64,000 nucleotides of DNA, taken from positions 1 to 64,000 of the IMG/VR virus record IMGVR_UViG_3300032462_000002. One strand, written 5' to 3'. Shown here piece by piece: positions 8,912-18,615 of this stretch. Each line of letters starts with the position of its first letter. Positions within the stretch are counted from its first letter, which is position 1. The notes under the pieces were generated by a model. It did not search any database and had not been told where the DNA came from. It saw nothing but the letters and a program-made list of their open reading frames with translations. The position numbers and the translations under genes are program-made. The stretch comes from a virus (taxonomy: Duplodnaviria; Caudoviricetes).

Positions 8912-10825
8912 ATGCTGGGATTCAAAGAATATCGTAATAGGTTTACAGAAGCCACACCTGATGAGGGAGCGGTGCAGCCTGAAGACGTGCTAAAACACGA
9001 AAAGGCAGCAAGCATCCAAAATCAAGTCAATCAAATTGTTGACACTTGGGTTGCGGACTTGAAACGAACTCTCATAAACCCAATGACGCCTCTTGCAGAT
9101 CGTCGGGGTCTATGGGACCGTTTCAAGAATACCATGTCTAATGTGTGGCACGGACGTTACAACCAAACCAATCCGTATTTCTGGAAAAATAAACTTGGCG
9201 ATGACTTGGGAGCTACCCAGGAATCTTTCAATCCCAATAACCTTTCTTTGTCCGATTACAAATCTCTTCGAGACATCTGCGAATCCCTTGAAGAACAACT
9301 CAACGAAGATGTACCAGAGGGCGCTGAAAACCTTCGTTTGGTTCGTATGATTGATACGAAGGCAATGGAACTCAAGCAGAAACTCATGTCTATTGTCGGC
9401 GATGCTGGAGACTCTTCTAATGCCTCTGTGTTAACACCAGATGAGCCTTCAACATCGCCTTCAACATCGCCTTCAGCAGCCAATCCCGAAGATGGGGAAG
9501 TAGATTCCAAAGTCCCAGGTGGATTTTTGAGTTTAGTCAAAGTTGTAGAACAATGGGCAAAGTCCAAAAAAATGGATATGAAAGAAGCTCAAGATTTGAT
9601 CGACAGACTAACCAGCAAAAGAGATTCAATCAGACAAAAAGCCGCCGACGATTTCACAAAATACAACAATCAGTTCAATGGTGAATCAGACAAATCGACT
9701 CTTGGAACATCTGCATCACCGGATGCCACTGCATCCTCAGATGCTCCTGAATCTGACAAGGGAGCTTTGTTTACGCCGCCTTCTACTGGCAAACGATGGG
9801 AAGAACTCAATCCTGATGAGAAGTCCAAATGGGACATCTATGGCGGCGGTGCATCACATGGTTCTGGAACCAAAGTTGATGGTTGTTTGAATGACCACGG
9901 AATCTTTAAGATGCCTTGGATCATGAGAATTGGTGATCCACGCCGACAAATATTGGCGGATCAAAAAGAAGGCAAATTGCCAGATAGCAAAAAGTGCGGA
10001 AACAAGAAAGTTGGATCGCATTGGTTTGACTTCCTGCATCGTTTAGGACGTTGGGAATTGGATAGCGATCCCATCAAAGACGCAATGGGACTACAATCCA
10101 GAGTAGAAAAAGCAAAAGCAACAACAGAAGAAGCTCGTAGGAAGATGCCTCGCTCGACGGCACCTTCAGACGTTGATGCTGCTCGTGATGCGGCAATGGG
10201 AAGCGATCCAGCGGCTCCAGCGGCTCCAGCGGCTCCAGAAGCGGCTCCAGCGGCTCCAGCGGCTCCAGCGGCTCCAGAATCAATACCAACACCTACTCCA
10301 TCAATGAAAGATCGTGTTGGAAGTATTGGCGACGAAGTGCCAGAAGTAAAAAACAAGTTCACTGGAACTGGTTTAAGCGAACCAATGCACACTGGCGGTA
10401 GTGATGAACCAGAAAACACTCCACCTGATCTAAAGAGTAGAGTTGCTGGCATAGATGGCGCTGACGCTATTCCTAATCCAACTCCAAAAGAAGAACCAAA
10501 AGAAAAGCCTGTCAGACAAATGAAAAAAGAAATGGCGGCTCGCATTGAAGCATTGTCAGACGAAGACACAAAAGAACAATTGCTCAGAACATTGAAGAAA
10601 ATGAAAGATCGAACAGACCTTGCCCAACTTGAAAAAGAGTTGGGAATTCATGAATTAGCAAACATGGAAATAGAATGGACGGCAACAGATATGAAGAATT
10701 TCTACAAGCAACGTCTTCACGAAAGAAAAGGTGTGCCGCAACCTTTAGTGAACAACAAGAAGATTGAAATGCTTTCTTTCTCAGAAAGAACAAAGTATTT
10801 CAAAGAACAACTTCAAAAAAGGTAA
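8912..10825 (+). CDS. large low-complexity protein, putative internal head protein
   Basis: N-terminus MLGFKEYRNRFTE; AAP repeats at about 10207-10278; GGAG SD. Confidence 0.65.
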   Translation: MLGFKEYRNRFTEATPDEGAVQPEDVLKHEKAASIQNQVNQIVDTWVADLKRTLINPMTPLADRRGLWDRFKNTMSNVWHGRYNQTNPYFWKNKLGDDLGATQESFNPNNLSLSDYKSLRDICESLEEQLNEDVPEGAENLRLVRMIDTKAMELKQKLMSIVGDAGDSSNASVLTPDEPSTSPSTSPSAANPEDGEVDSKVPGGFLSLVKVVEQWAKSKKMDMKEAQDLIDRLTSKRDSIRQKAADDFTKYNNQFNGESDKSTLGTSASPDATASSDAPESDKGALFTPPSTGKRWEELNPDEKSKWDIYGGGASHGSGTKVDGCLNDHGIFKMPWIMRIGDPRRQILADQKEGKLPDSKKCGNKKVGSHWFDFLHRLGRWELDSDPIKDAMGLQSRVEKAKATTEEARRKMPRSTAPSDVDAARDAAMGSDPAAPAAPAAPEAAPAAPAAPAAPESIPTPTPSMKDRVGSIGDEVPEVKNKFTGTGLSEPMHTGGSDEPENTPPDLKSRVAGIDGADAIPNPTPKEEPKEKPVRQMKKEMAARIEALSDEDTKEQLLRTLKKMKDRTDLAQLEKELGIHELANMEIEWTATDMKNFYKQRLHERKGVPQPLVNNKKIEMLSFSERTKYFKEQLQKR

Positions 10826-10869
10826 TATGAAGTTATATTGGCAGCTTCAATTTGAAGACTAAAAAATAA

Positions 10870-11802
10870 TCAATTGCCGTGTCTAGTCTGAACCCAGCGA
10901 ACAGTACCACTTTCAGATCGCATAATGACGCTATGTGTTGTTGGTCCACGAGAGTTAACAGAAACTCCCTTCAATAGACTACCATCGGTAATGCCAGTGG
11001 CAGCGAAACAACAATGACTCCTCACCAAGTCATCGTGCGAGAAGGTATCGCCTTTTAGTCCCACATCTTTATCCCAAACTTGAGCCAAGAAGAAGCCTCG
11101 CAAACACTTTACGGCTGCTGCCGTTATCACAGCTTCAGGTGCGCCACCTACGCCATATTGCATATCAATATTTCCATCAGCAGCAGAAATCGCACCAGAG
11201 ATGTCGCAGTCTTGTATCAACTTAATTCTGACTCCCAATTCTCTCATCTGGGCAATGTATTCTTCGTGACGAGGGCGATTGAGAATACAAACCATCAATT
11301 TGTCCACAGGTTTATTTAAGACTTCAGCAACTTGCTTGCACAATTCAGACAATGGGGTGCTGAGATAAAGATTTGTTCTACGAGCCACATCCCCACTGAC
11401 TGCGAGCTTTAGCATGTAATGCTCATCTGTATCAAACATGGTTCCTTTGTCGGCCATAGCAATAACGCTCATGGCTTCTGGCCCTGATGTCACAGTAGGG
11501 GTTGTTCCATCAATAGGATCGAGAGCAATGTCTACTTCTTTTGTGAATAAAGTACGAAGAACAGTTCCACCAAGATGAAGCCAACCACATCCAACACGGT
11601 CGCCCTTAAACAACCCATAACTTTCATCTTTTTTGCCTTCACCAATCTGGACTGTTCCTGCAACGTCCATGCGGTCAAGTCTGTCACGCATTGCGTTGGT
11701 AGCAGCCAAATCAGCTTCGAGTTTCTTGCCACTGCCTACCCAGGCTGCGGCAGCAATTGCCGCAGCTTCAGTTACACGAATCAAGTCCATATTATTGCGC
11801 AT
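10870..11802 (-). CDS. glpX: class II fructose-1,6-bisphosphatase
   Basis: RVTEAAA, IGEG..DE, DPIDGT, RPRH, GGAPE, AATGITDG motifs. Confidence 0.9.
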   Translation of the reverse strand: MRNNMDLIRVTEAAAIAAAAWVGSGKKLEADLAATNAMRDRLDRMDVAGTVQIGEGKKDESYGLFKGDRVGCGWLHLGGTVLRTLFTKEVDIALDPIDGTTPTVTSGPEAMSVIAMADKGTMFDTDEHYMLKLAVSGDVARRTNLYLSTPLSELCKQVAEVLNKPVDKLMVCILNRPRHEEYIAQMRELGVRIKLIQDCDISGAISAADGNIDMQYGVGGAPEAVITAAAVKCLRGFFLAQVWDKDVGLKGDTFSHDDLVRSHCCFAATGITDGSLLKGVSVNSRGPTTHSVIMRSESGTVRWVQTRHGN

Positions 11803-12215
11803 TATTGTTTCCTTAACATTTTCCCTTGGGCTTCTTTAGCTTGTCTTGCTAGGTTCGCCATTAAGTCATGATCTACAAAAGGAGAAGCATTAGGGTCAAC
11901 AGGAAGGATTGTCTGTTGACGCTCGACAGGAGCTTTTTTGATCTCTTGCATAATTTCTTCATATTTAGGATCGTCTTGGAGAATCACTTGTTCTTCAAGA
12001 ATCCCTATGATGTGCTGCCAAGTGTAGTAGTTGCGACATCCTGTCATATGATGCTTGGCGAAAATGCCATCTTCATCTACAGATTCGATTATTGCCGTAA
12101 AAAAGTCAGAGAATTGCTGATCCTGGAAGTTGGTCTTGGCCACAGTAGAAGTAAGTATGGTGCATACTTTGCCCACGAAGGCTTCCTGGAGTTTTTTAAC
12201 TGTAAGTGCTTTCAT
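11802..12215 (-). CDS. hypothetical protein
   Basis: ORF coupled between primase and glpX. Confidence 0.6.
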   Translation of the reverse strand: MKALTVKKLQEAFVGKVCTILTSTVAKTNFQDQQFSDFFTAIIESVDEDGIFAKHHMTGCRNYYTWQHIIGILEEQVILQDDPKYEEIMQEIKKAPVERQQTILPVDPNASPFVDHDLMANLARQAKEAQGKMLRKQ

Positions 12216-12218
12216 GTT

Positions 12219-13268
12219 TTAACCGAGTAAATCCTTGACATAACTTGCATGAGTTCCGTGTGGCCAAGAATAGTCAAGTGGCCGTTGATTTTTTTGGATA
12301 TAATGATGCAAAACTGCTGGTCCTAATTTAATTAACATTTCATTCCAATCATTATATCCTGGTGGTGGGATTACGAATTTTAGTTTTTCATTTCCCTTGA
12401 CGGTTTCCACGGAAGAAATCATCGAAGTCATTTTCGTGGTGCCTTGTTTGCCAGCTTTGTCTCTATCCAGACACAAAACAATTTTGTAGTCTGTGAGCAT
12501 TAGAGCTTGTTTCTCGCTCATGTTCTTGCCGCCGCAAGCAGCAGCGTTCAAGTCGCAGAGTTTCAAGCTGATAGCGTTGAACTCTCCTTCGCACAGATAG
12601 ATGGTTTCGTCGGCACGGGGCCAATTCCCCGCCATAAATACGACATCTTCTTTGCCAACCCCAAGTTCCTTGGGTGGACCGAGATATTTGCACTTAGATT
12701 TACCGATATGCCGACCATTCCAATATACGAGTTTTTTGTTTCGGTCGTAATATGGAATGATGATTCTGGCTTTGTATCTGTCTTCAGTGCAGATATACAA
12801 ACCATCAATCGGAAGTTGGCGATTGACAAGATACTCTTCGGCCTTCTTTCGCCACCAATTATTGGTGCCAAGAGCCAAAATCAATTCACAACCTAAAGGC
12901 AATTCCAGATCAGGTTTGGGGACTATTGGTTCCTGTTCAACAGAATCACCAAACATCTCCTCAAATTGTCTTTCCAAGTCCCGAATGCTGGTGCGGCCAT
13001 CGAGCGTCGTCAGAGCGTCTTCTCGGTCGCAACTGTCAACGATTTGGACCAGCTTAACCAAGCTGCCTTTCTGGTCGGTCTTGAAGCAGTGGTATACGCC
13101 ACCCTTTCTTTTCTTTTTGCCACCCGTGGGCGAACACCAAAGGTGATAATCGTCGTCGCCTTTGTCGAATATACTGTTGATGCGTACTTCTTTACCTTTG
13201 ACGAGAATATTGTCCTCGCCAAAGCGGGCCTTTGCCCATTTCACAAATTTATTGAAGTCAACAGCCAT
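12219..13268 (-). CDS. DNA primase (T4 gp61/DnaG-like)
   Basis: YHCF Zn-binding region, RIIIPY..GR..KY, Toprim CEGEFNA and LDRD, DWNE. Confidence 0.85.
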   Translation of the reverse strand: MAVDFNKFVKWAKARFGEDNILVKGKEVRINSIFDKGDDDYHLWCSPTGGKKKRKGGVYHCFKTDQKGSLVKLVQIVDSCDREDALTTLDGRTSIRDLERQFEEMFGDSVEQEPIVPKPDLELPLGCELILALGTNNWWRKKAEEYLVNRQLPIDGLYICTEDRYKARIIIPYYDRNKKLVYWNGRHIGKSKCKYLGPPKELGVGKEDVVFMAGNWPRADETIYLCEGEFNAISLKLCDLNAAACGGKNMSEKQALMLTDYKIVLCLDRDKAGKQGTTKMTSMISSVETVKGNEKLKFVIPPPGYNDWNEMLIKLGPAVLHHYIQKNQRPLDYSWPHGTHASYVKDLLG

Positions 13269-13336
13269 ATTTCCCTCTAGTTCGACCGATCCATATACTT
13301 TACAATATACTCATCCTTACCTTTGGTGGAATCATT

Positions 13337-14119
13337 ATGAGCCAAGAACATTTGATTTGTGAACATATTTCTGTATCGAGAAAGCAGACCTGGAATGAGT
13401 GTCAGGCAAAATACAAATTCCGGTATCATCTCAAGGTTCCGGTTGAGGGACCAGTGCAGCCGTATTTTGTTTACGGCAAGCTAGTTCATAAGATAGCCGA
13501 AGTGTACGTCCAAGAACAAGGCCAACGTGCAATCGAAGATATTGCTCACGACTGTCTTCACGGGATTATCGAAGTCGAGAAGGGGCAAGGCCCACCAGTT
13601 CTGGAAGCGAGCTACAAAAAGAAATTACCAGAACACGTTCGGAATCTCAAACAATTAAGCGACCGTATTGGATTTGACGGACATCTGGAGTGGCAGTTCC
13701 ATTATGACCTTCAGCCGCCCGATCAACATTTCATCACGGGATTTATCGACAGACTGATTATCCGTGGCGACAAATATTTCATTTTGGATTACAAAACAAC
13801 GAAGAAAGGATTCTACCGAAAGAATACCAATACGATCCGCAACGATATTCAACTTCGCTGTTACGCACGGGTCGTACAAAAAGAATTCGGAGCCAAGGCT
13901 GAGAATATTCGGGCTGCGTTATATTACGTTGATGGCAATGGCGGAGATTTAATCGCCACCAAGTTCAGCCAGGAATCACTTGACGCAGCAGAAACAGAGA
14001 TGCACGACGCATTTAATGAAATCGTCGGCACTCATCCTGATGATGTGTATGGTCGTGTAGGCGACCAGTGCCGACGATGTGATTATCGAAAGATTTGTCC
14101 GTTCTATTCACTCACTTAA
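13337..14119 (+). CDS. PD-(D/E)XK exonuclease, Cas4/RecB-like
   Basis: GKLVH, GFIDRL..ILDYKT, QLRCY, C-terminal CxxCxxxxxC plus an N-terminal Cys. Confidence 0.85.
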   Translation: MSQEHLICEHISVSRKQTWNECQAKYKFRYHLKVPVEGPVQPYFVYGKLVHKIAEVYVQEQGQRAIEDIAHDCLHGIIEVEKGQGPPVLEASYKKKLPEHVRNLKQLSDRIGFDGHLEWQFHYDLQPPDQHFITGFIDRLIIRGDKYFILDYKTTKKGFYRKNTNTIRNDIQLRCYARVVQKEFGAKAENIRAALYYVDGNGGDLIATKFSQESLDAAETEMHDAFNEIVGTHPDDVYGRVGDQCRRCDYRKICPFYSLT

Positions 14120-14761
14120 ATGAATGATTAAATCATTCAGATATTTGAAAAATCGAACATCAGTTTTACTACTGTAAACGACTTTCTTCAAGTATCCCGA
14201 TCCGTAAGGTGGCTCATCATTTTCTGGCATATTTTGTAAAATTATACACATGGGTGCATTTACACTCATGCTAATATGTCCTATACCACTGGCGCAACCA
14301 ACAAATAATTTACAAGTGGATAACACTTCAATGATGTGAGACAACGGCTTGTGATTCCCCAAATTAACTGGAATGAGTCCAATAGAATGAATGTACGAAA
14401 TGAATTCATTAACTTCATTCATTGAGGGATTCTTGTGCCAGAAAGATGACCGTCCATCAAATTGATATGCAACGATTTTACTATCTGTATCTCTCCATAC
14501 GCTTTTTGTAGGAAGGTACTTTGTCAAAAAAGCCTTGCGATAATCACAAGGAATGATTTTCCTTGTTTTATCAAACTCAAGGCATCCTGTTGTGTTAAAA
14601 AAAGAAACCAATTCTTGAAGATGGCGTTCATCAAAATCACAATTTACAAAAATTGGTCTATTCTTTTCTTCAGATTCTCTGAGCAAACAAGAGATAGCGG
14701 CCCATCTATCTCCTAATCCAAATTGGATATAACGAGCAGGAATTTTATCTATTTTTAGCAT
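14108..14761 (-). CDS. glycosyltransferase, GT9-like
   Basis: GLGD at the N-terminus; LFVGCASGIGHI. Confidence 0.55.
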   Translation of the reverse strand: MLKIDKIPARYIQFGLGDRWAAISCLLRESEEKNRPIFVNCDFDERHLQELVSFFNTTGCLEFDKTRKIIPCDYRKAFLTKYLPTKSVWRDTDSKIVAYQFDGRSSFWHKNPSMNEVNEFISYIHSIGLIPVNLGNHKPLSHIIEVLSTCKLFVGCASGIGHISMSVNAPMCIILQNMPENDEPPYGSGYLKKVVYSSKTDVRFFKYLNDLIIHLSE

Positions 14762-14771
14762 CACGCCTCGT

Positions 14772-15671
14772 TTAACGACCACCCGGAAGCAGGACATATT
14801 CCGGTGTGTATGTGCCTTGAGGACCACTGCGATCTTTAACCGGAATCTGACGTGCTGCGGCACCACCCGGCTTCTGGCTTAACAAGAACTCATATCCACC
14901 TTGTTGATTCCAATATTTGTGGATAGCAGATAAAGGAGTAAAATATCCTTTACCGCTTCCGTCACGATATTGAGTTCCCCAACAAGTTGCGATATAATAA
15001 CCATCATCATCCATCAGCCCACCGCCAGAACGTCCTGGGCGTGGGCTGTTTTGGTTTGTGATTAAATCACCACCGCCAAGCCCAAGCATTTCAATGTCGT
15101 AGTGCGCAACCTCATTGGCACCATCACACCCCAAAGAGTGGGCGTGACGACCAGCTTTATACTCATAATTCACAGGAGCAATAGGGAAATAGTCAGGTTG
15201 CCAATCTGGGGTAAAAATCACAAGTGATGTATCCTGACCCTGGATGTAACTATAGAATACTACATTGGCATTGTAACTCTTGGGAGCATCCAACTTCTTG
15301 TCGTTATGATACCAAGCGATGACTTTGCAGGTCATATTTCTACGCTTGCCTTCTTCTGCGGACATGGTTCCTTGATTCCACATATGTCCACAGGATGCGA
15401 CGTAAGCAAGATTTTTAGCTGCATCGTAATAAACGATAGTTCCAGAACCAGAACCGCCACCAACACTGATCTTAACAGATACAGCGAGAAACTTACGGAA
15501 CTCTGGACCACGTTGTTCGTTGGGAGCCATGCCCGCAAAACCAGCCGGGCGACGCTCCATAATCGGCATATTGTCTAGCGCATCGTATGTGTACGCAGAA
15601 GGGGACTCAGCGGTGGCAACAGAAGCCAGAAAGCTGACCAAAAAGACAAAAACATAAGATAATTTGAACAT
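14772..15671 (-). CDS. exported trypsin-like serine protease
   Basis: Signal peptide; GSGTIV, SCGH, DTSL, GRSGGGL catalytic motifs. Confidence 0.85.
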   Translation of the reverse strand: MFKLSYVFVFLVSFLASVATAESPSAYTYDALDNMPIMERRPAGFAGMAPNEQRGPEFRKFLAVSVKISVGGGSGSGTIVYYDAAKNLAYVASCGHMWNQGTMSAEEGKRRNMTCKVIAWYHNDKKLDAPKSYNANVVFYSYIQGQDTSLVIFTPDWQPDYFPIAPVNYEYKAGRHAHSLGCDGANEVAHYDIEMLGLGGGDLITNQNSPRPGRSGGGLMDDDGYYIATCWGTQYRDGSGKGYFTPLSAIHKYWNQQGGYEFLLSQKPGGAAARQIPVKDRSGPQGTYTPEYVLLPGGR

Positions 15672-15747
15672 CGCTACTCCTTAGCATGAAGACGACTCTT
15701 AGCATGAAGACGACTCCTACCATCTATATATTCGTGAGGACCAAAGA

Positions 15748-16197
15748 ATGGCAACGCTGACTATTTCGCATTACATCTATTTGAACCGGAAACAACGCTA
15801 TAAGTTGCATTCTGGCGAATCGCTTGAAGTTACAGGCATTAGTGTGCCAGTATGGTTCCATCGTGGAACGACTTCTGAGCCTGCCAAAGAGATGTTCTGT
15901 AAGTACAAGTTGACGAATGAAGCGATCAACAAGGCAATTATGCCTATGGAAGAAGGCTACAATATCAATCTACCTCAGAAATTGGAACTTGGTGGCGATA
16001 ACGTGCCTAAAGAAGTGCAAGATGTTGTAACCGTCCAGCTAGGAACTTCCGAAAGACTTTTGGACTTAAAAGACGGCGGTTCAGAATGGCTGGAATTCAG
16101 ACAGTACAACAAGGTTCAACAAGGCATACACAAATTTAATGTTGTGCATTTTGTTGAAATTAAGCCTGATGAATTACTGCAAGACACCATGAATTAA
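15748..16197 (+). CDS. hypothetical protein
   Basis: ORF with GAGG SD. Confidence 0.6.
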   Translation: MATLTISHYIYLNRKQRYKLHSGESLEVTGISVPVWFHRGTTSEPAKEMFCKYKLTNEAINKAIMPMEEGYNINLPQKLELGGDNVPKEVQDVVTVQLGTSERLLDLKDGGSEWLEFRQYNKVQQGIHKFNVVHFVEIKPDELLQDTMN

Positions 16198-16697
16198 GCA
16201 GGAACATCTCTTAAAGCGAGGGCCATTCGCATATTGATGGCATCTCCACTTGTCAAAGTGAGTGTGTTAGACAATGGATTGCTGGCCAATAAAATTCCAT
16301 TCCCTACCATGAATAAATTAGACACTGGACCCCAGCCTGATCCTGTTGCGATAAACGTGACGATCTGGCTGGTGGCTCTGTAAGCTCCACTTACAACATC
16401 AATGGTGAACTGTCCTGATGAGCTTACAGCTTGTCGTAAATATCCATTGTCAGATGGCTCGTCGGCAATATCTGTCATGAGATCATCAACAGTGATAGCT
16501 GCACGATTGTCTAGTCCAAAGTAATAGTTTGCTGGTGGATATGTGCCTGGGCTGGAATCAAAGGCACAAGTCAACATAAACATTTCTCCACCAATGTGTA
16601 AAGTGTTGAGTAGGTTTTTTTCTTCCCAAATCACCTTGCCGTCTCGGACGTGTTGGATTTCAAGAATCTTAACTAAGCCATGCCAATCTTTTTTCAT
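16194..16697 (-). CDS. putative tail/baseplate structural protein
   Basis: NTLHIGGE..GYLRQAV..WGPVSNLF pattern of phage tail proteins. Confidence 0.5.
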   Translation of the reverse strand: MKKDWHGLVKILEIQHVRDGKVIWEEKNLLNTLHIGGEMFMLTCAFDSSPGTYPPANYYFGLDNRAAITVDDLMTDIADEPSDNGYLRQAVSSSGQFTIDVVSGAYRATSQIVTFIATGSGWGPVSNLFMVGNGILLASNPLSNTLTLTSGDAINMRMALALRDVPA

Positions 16698-17251
16698 TTT
16701 GAACCTAACTTTATTGGCGTTTTCTCGCCAGTTTTCGAGGAAAAGAAAATCTTATTGATCGTAAACTTTTCATTTACGAAGGCATCATTGCCAATGTATT
16801 GTCGGCCTTCACCTTTTCGCATGTAGCAAATTGTAACATGAGGCACATAAACAGGATAACTTTCTGTAGCCTCTAAACTTCTTCGCATCTTTCGGTTTAG
16901 CCTGTGTAGTTCTTCGCATTCCACACCTACAATCAGCACATCGAATTTGTCGCTTTTCGTAAACAAATCAATCTTGCCTAATTTACACTCAAACTCTTTC
17001 TCTTCGGTAAACAAGTCAGAGACTTCTTTTAAGTTGTCTGTATGAATGCCGTATATCAAAGTAATGTGAGGGTCATCCTCTCGACCGAAACCAGGGTCTT
17101 TAGGATCGAGAAATACTGATTCATTAGGTACATGATCCCACCCCCAAGAAATTGCATTGTCTGCAATTTCTTCTGGTAGTTCGACCAATAATGAAGAGTA
17201 ATCGTATTTGTTTCTACGAGTCTCATTAACCAAGAACTGCTTGAAGCTCAT
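16694..17251 (-). CDS. 2H phosphoesterase, Acb1/T4 gp57B-like
   Basis: Two HxT motifs: DPHITLIYG and YVPHVTICY. Confidence 0.75.
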   Translation of the reverse strand: MSFKQFLVNETRRNKYDYSSLLVELPEEIADNAISWGWDHVPNESVFLDPKDPGFGREDDPHITLIYGIHTDNLKEVSDLFTEEKEFECKLGKIDLFTKSDKFDVLIVGVECEELHRLNRKMRRSLEATESYPVYVPHVTICYMRKGEGRQYIGNDAFVNEKFTINKIFFSSKTGEKTPIKLGSK

Positions 17252-17567
17252 CGCCATCATCTTTCTCGTCATCTACCTTTCGGCGGCGTTGTTGGATGTC
17301 TTCAATCTTGGCTTTCTCTTTGGATATTTCCTCATCAATAGCCTGAATTGCTCGGAACGGGTCATACGCATACGCATTGCCTTGGCCCCGTGCCAATTCA
17401 CGACGTTCTGAGTTAACCTCACGACGATCCCGTTTCTTTTCAACAGTCTCTAGCTTTCCTAGAGCGGCCCGTATGTGATAACGTACTTCTGACAAAGAGT
17501 GATCCTGCGGTACTTGCGATAACGCTTTCTGCAAAGCCACCTTTGTTTCATTTGTGTTGTTTTTCAT
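17226..17567 (-). CDS. coiled-coil hypothetical protein
   Basis: ORF within the operon. Confidence 0.55.
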   Translation of the reverse strand: MKNNTNETKVALQKALSQVPQDHSLSEVRYHIRAALGKLETVEKKRDRREVNSERRELARGQGNAYAYDPFRAIQAIDEEISKEKAKIEDIQQRRRKVDDEKDDGDELQAVLG

Positions 17568-18526
17568 GTACTCATCCTCTCGATCCAGCGCATTGGGGCT
17601 TCTTCCCCTATGACTTGATATTCTTTTACATCTCCCTCATGGAGACATTCTTTGAGATATTTTTCTTCAACCCGGACTTTCCATACATCGGAGTTTCCAG
17701 GCAAAGGACTGTTCGCTAGGGTTATGTGGCTCGGCAAAACCGCTTCAATCCCAAGTGACAAATCTCTTTTTGCGATTTCAAAATATCTACGTTCAGATAA
17801 TGGTCTTGTCATATACAGAGTCAATATCTTGTTGTATTTAGGGTTGGTTCTGAGCTTTGCCAGCAAATCTTGCATGTCATTTTTTAGACTTCCGGGCAAC
17901 TCTTCTTCAGTGAGCAATTTGGACTTAAATCCTGTTGACGTGTGTTCGTACAAGAAAACTGCCTGGAACGCATCGCCTACCGAGATTTTAGCCTCGGACA
18001 CCACCCAGCCCACTTCTGGGCAGATGGCCTCTACTACAATTTTATGTTCATGCCATGTCGGGATTTTAGATATTGCCAAATTTATGTTGTGAATCATTTG
18101 GTCAATAATTGATGTTGATTCAGCAATCAACGATTTAACGACATCATCTGCTTCTTCTGGTCCGAAATCCTTGCCGTATAATTTAGCTTGATATTGAAAC
18201 ATTGCTGTTTCGATCTTATCGGACAAACTCTGATCTGGTTTGTGATAATCAGCCCATCGACGAAATGTCATGTGGGCGTGATTTACTCGTTTCGGATCGG
18301 CAGTGCGTATTGCCATCTTGAACTCATCCGACAAAGGATAAGCTAATTCTGATAAAGTTCTGGCTACTTCTTTGATGTTGACGATATTTTTGCGAGCTTC
18401 GACAAGCTGTTTATCTGGTTTGAGCATAAGGCTCGCCATGTCAGCGTGCAGCTTTTCCTTGTATTCGTCCATGACGACAAGGATGCTTGTTTGAGCTTTA
18501 TTTTCAAGGTATTTCATGAACGACAT
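17564..18526 (-). CDS. hypothetical protein with CTS-like N-terminus
   Basis: MSFMKYLE start. Confidence 0.6.
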   Translation of the reverse strand: MSFMKYLENKAQTSILVVMDEYKEKLHADMASLMLKPDKQLVEARKNIVNIKEVARTLSELAYPLSDEFKMAIRTADPKRVNHAHMTFRRWADYHKPDQSLSDKIETAMFQYQAKLYGKDFGPEEADDVVKSLIAESTSIIDQMIHNINLAISKIPTWHEHKIVVEAICPEVGWVVSEAKISVGDAFQAVFLYEHTSTGFKSKLLTEEELPGSLKNDMQDLLAKLRTNPKYNKILTLYMTRPLSERRYFEIAKRDLSLGIEAVLPSHITLANSPLPGNSDVWKVRVEEKYLKECLHEGDVKEYQVIGEEAPMRWIERMST

Positions 18527-18615
18527 TTAATTTCGCCTCTTTCGATGACAGGCGATATTCCGACATTCTGTCGAACACATACGCTGTGTTTTATATATTC
18601 TGTGAAACATAGTAA

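Noticed and set aside
13337-14119. Cas4 as evidence of a CRISPR-Cas system
   Set aside because: Stand-alone Cas4-like nucleases are common in phages; no other cas genes or array are present.
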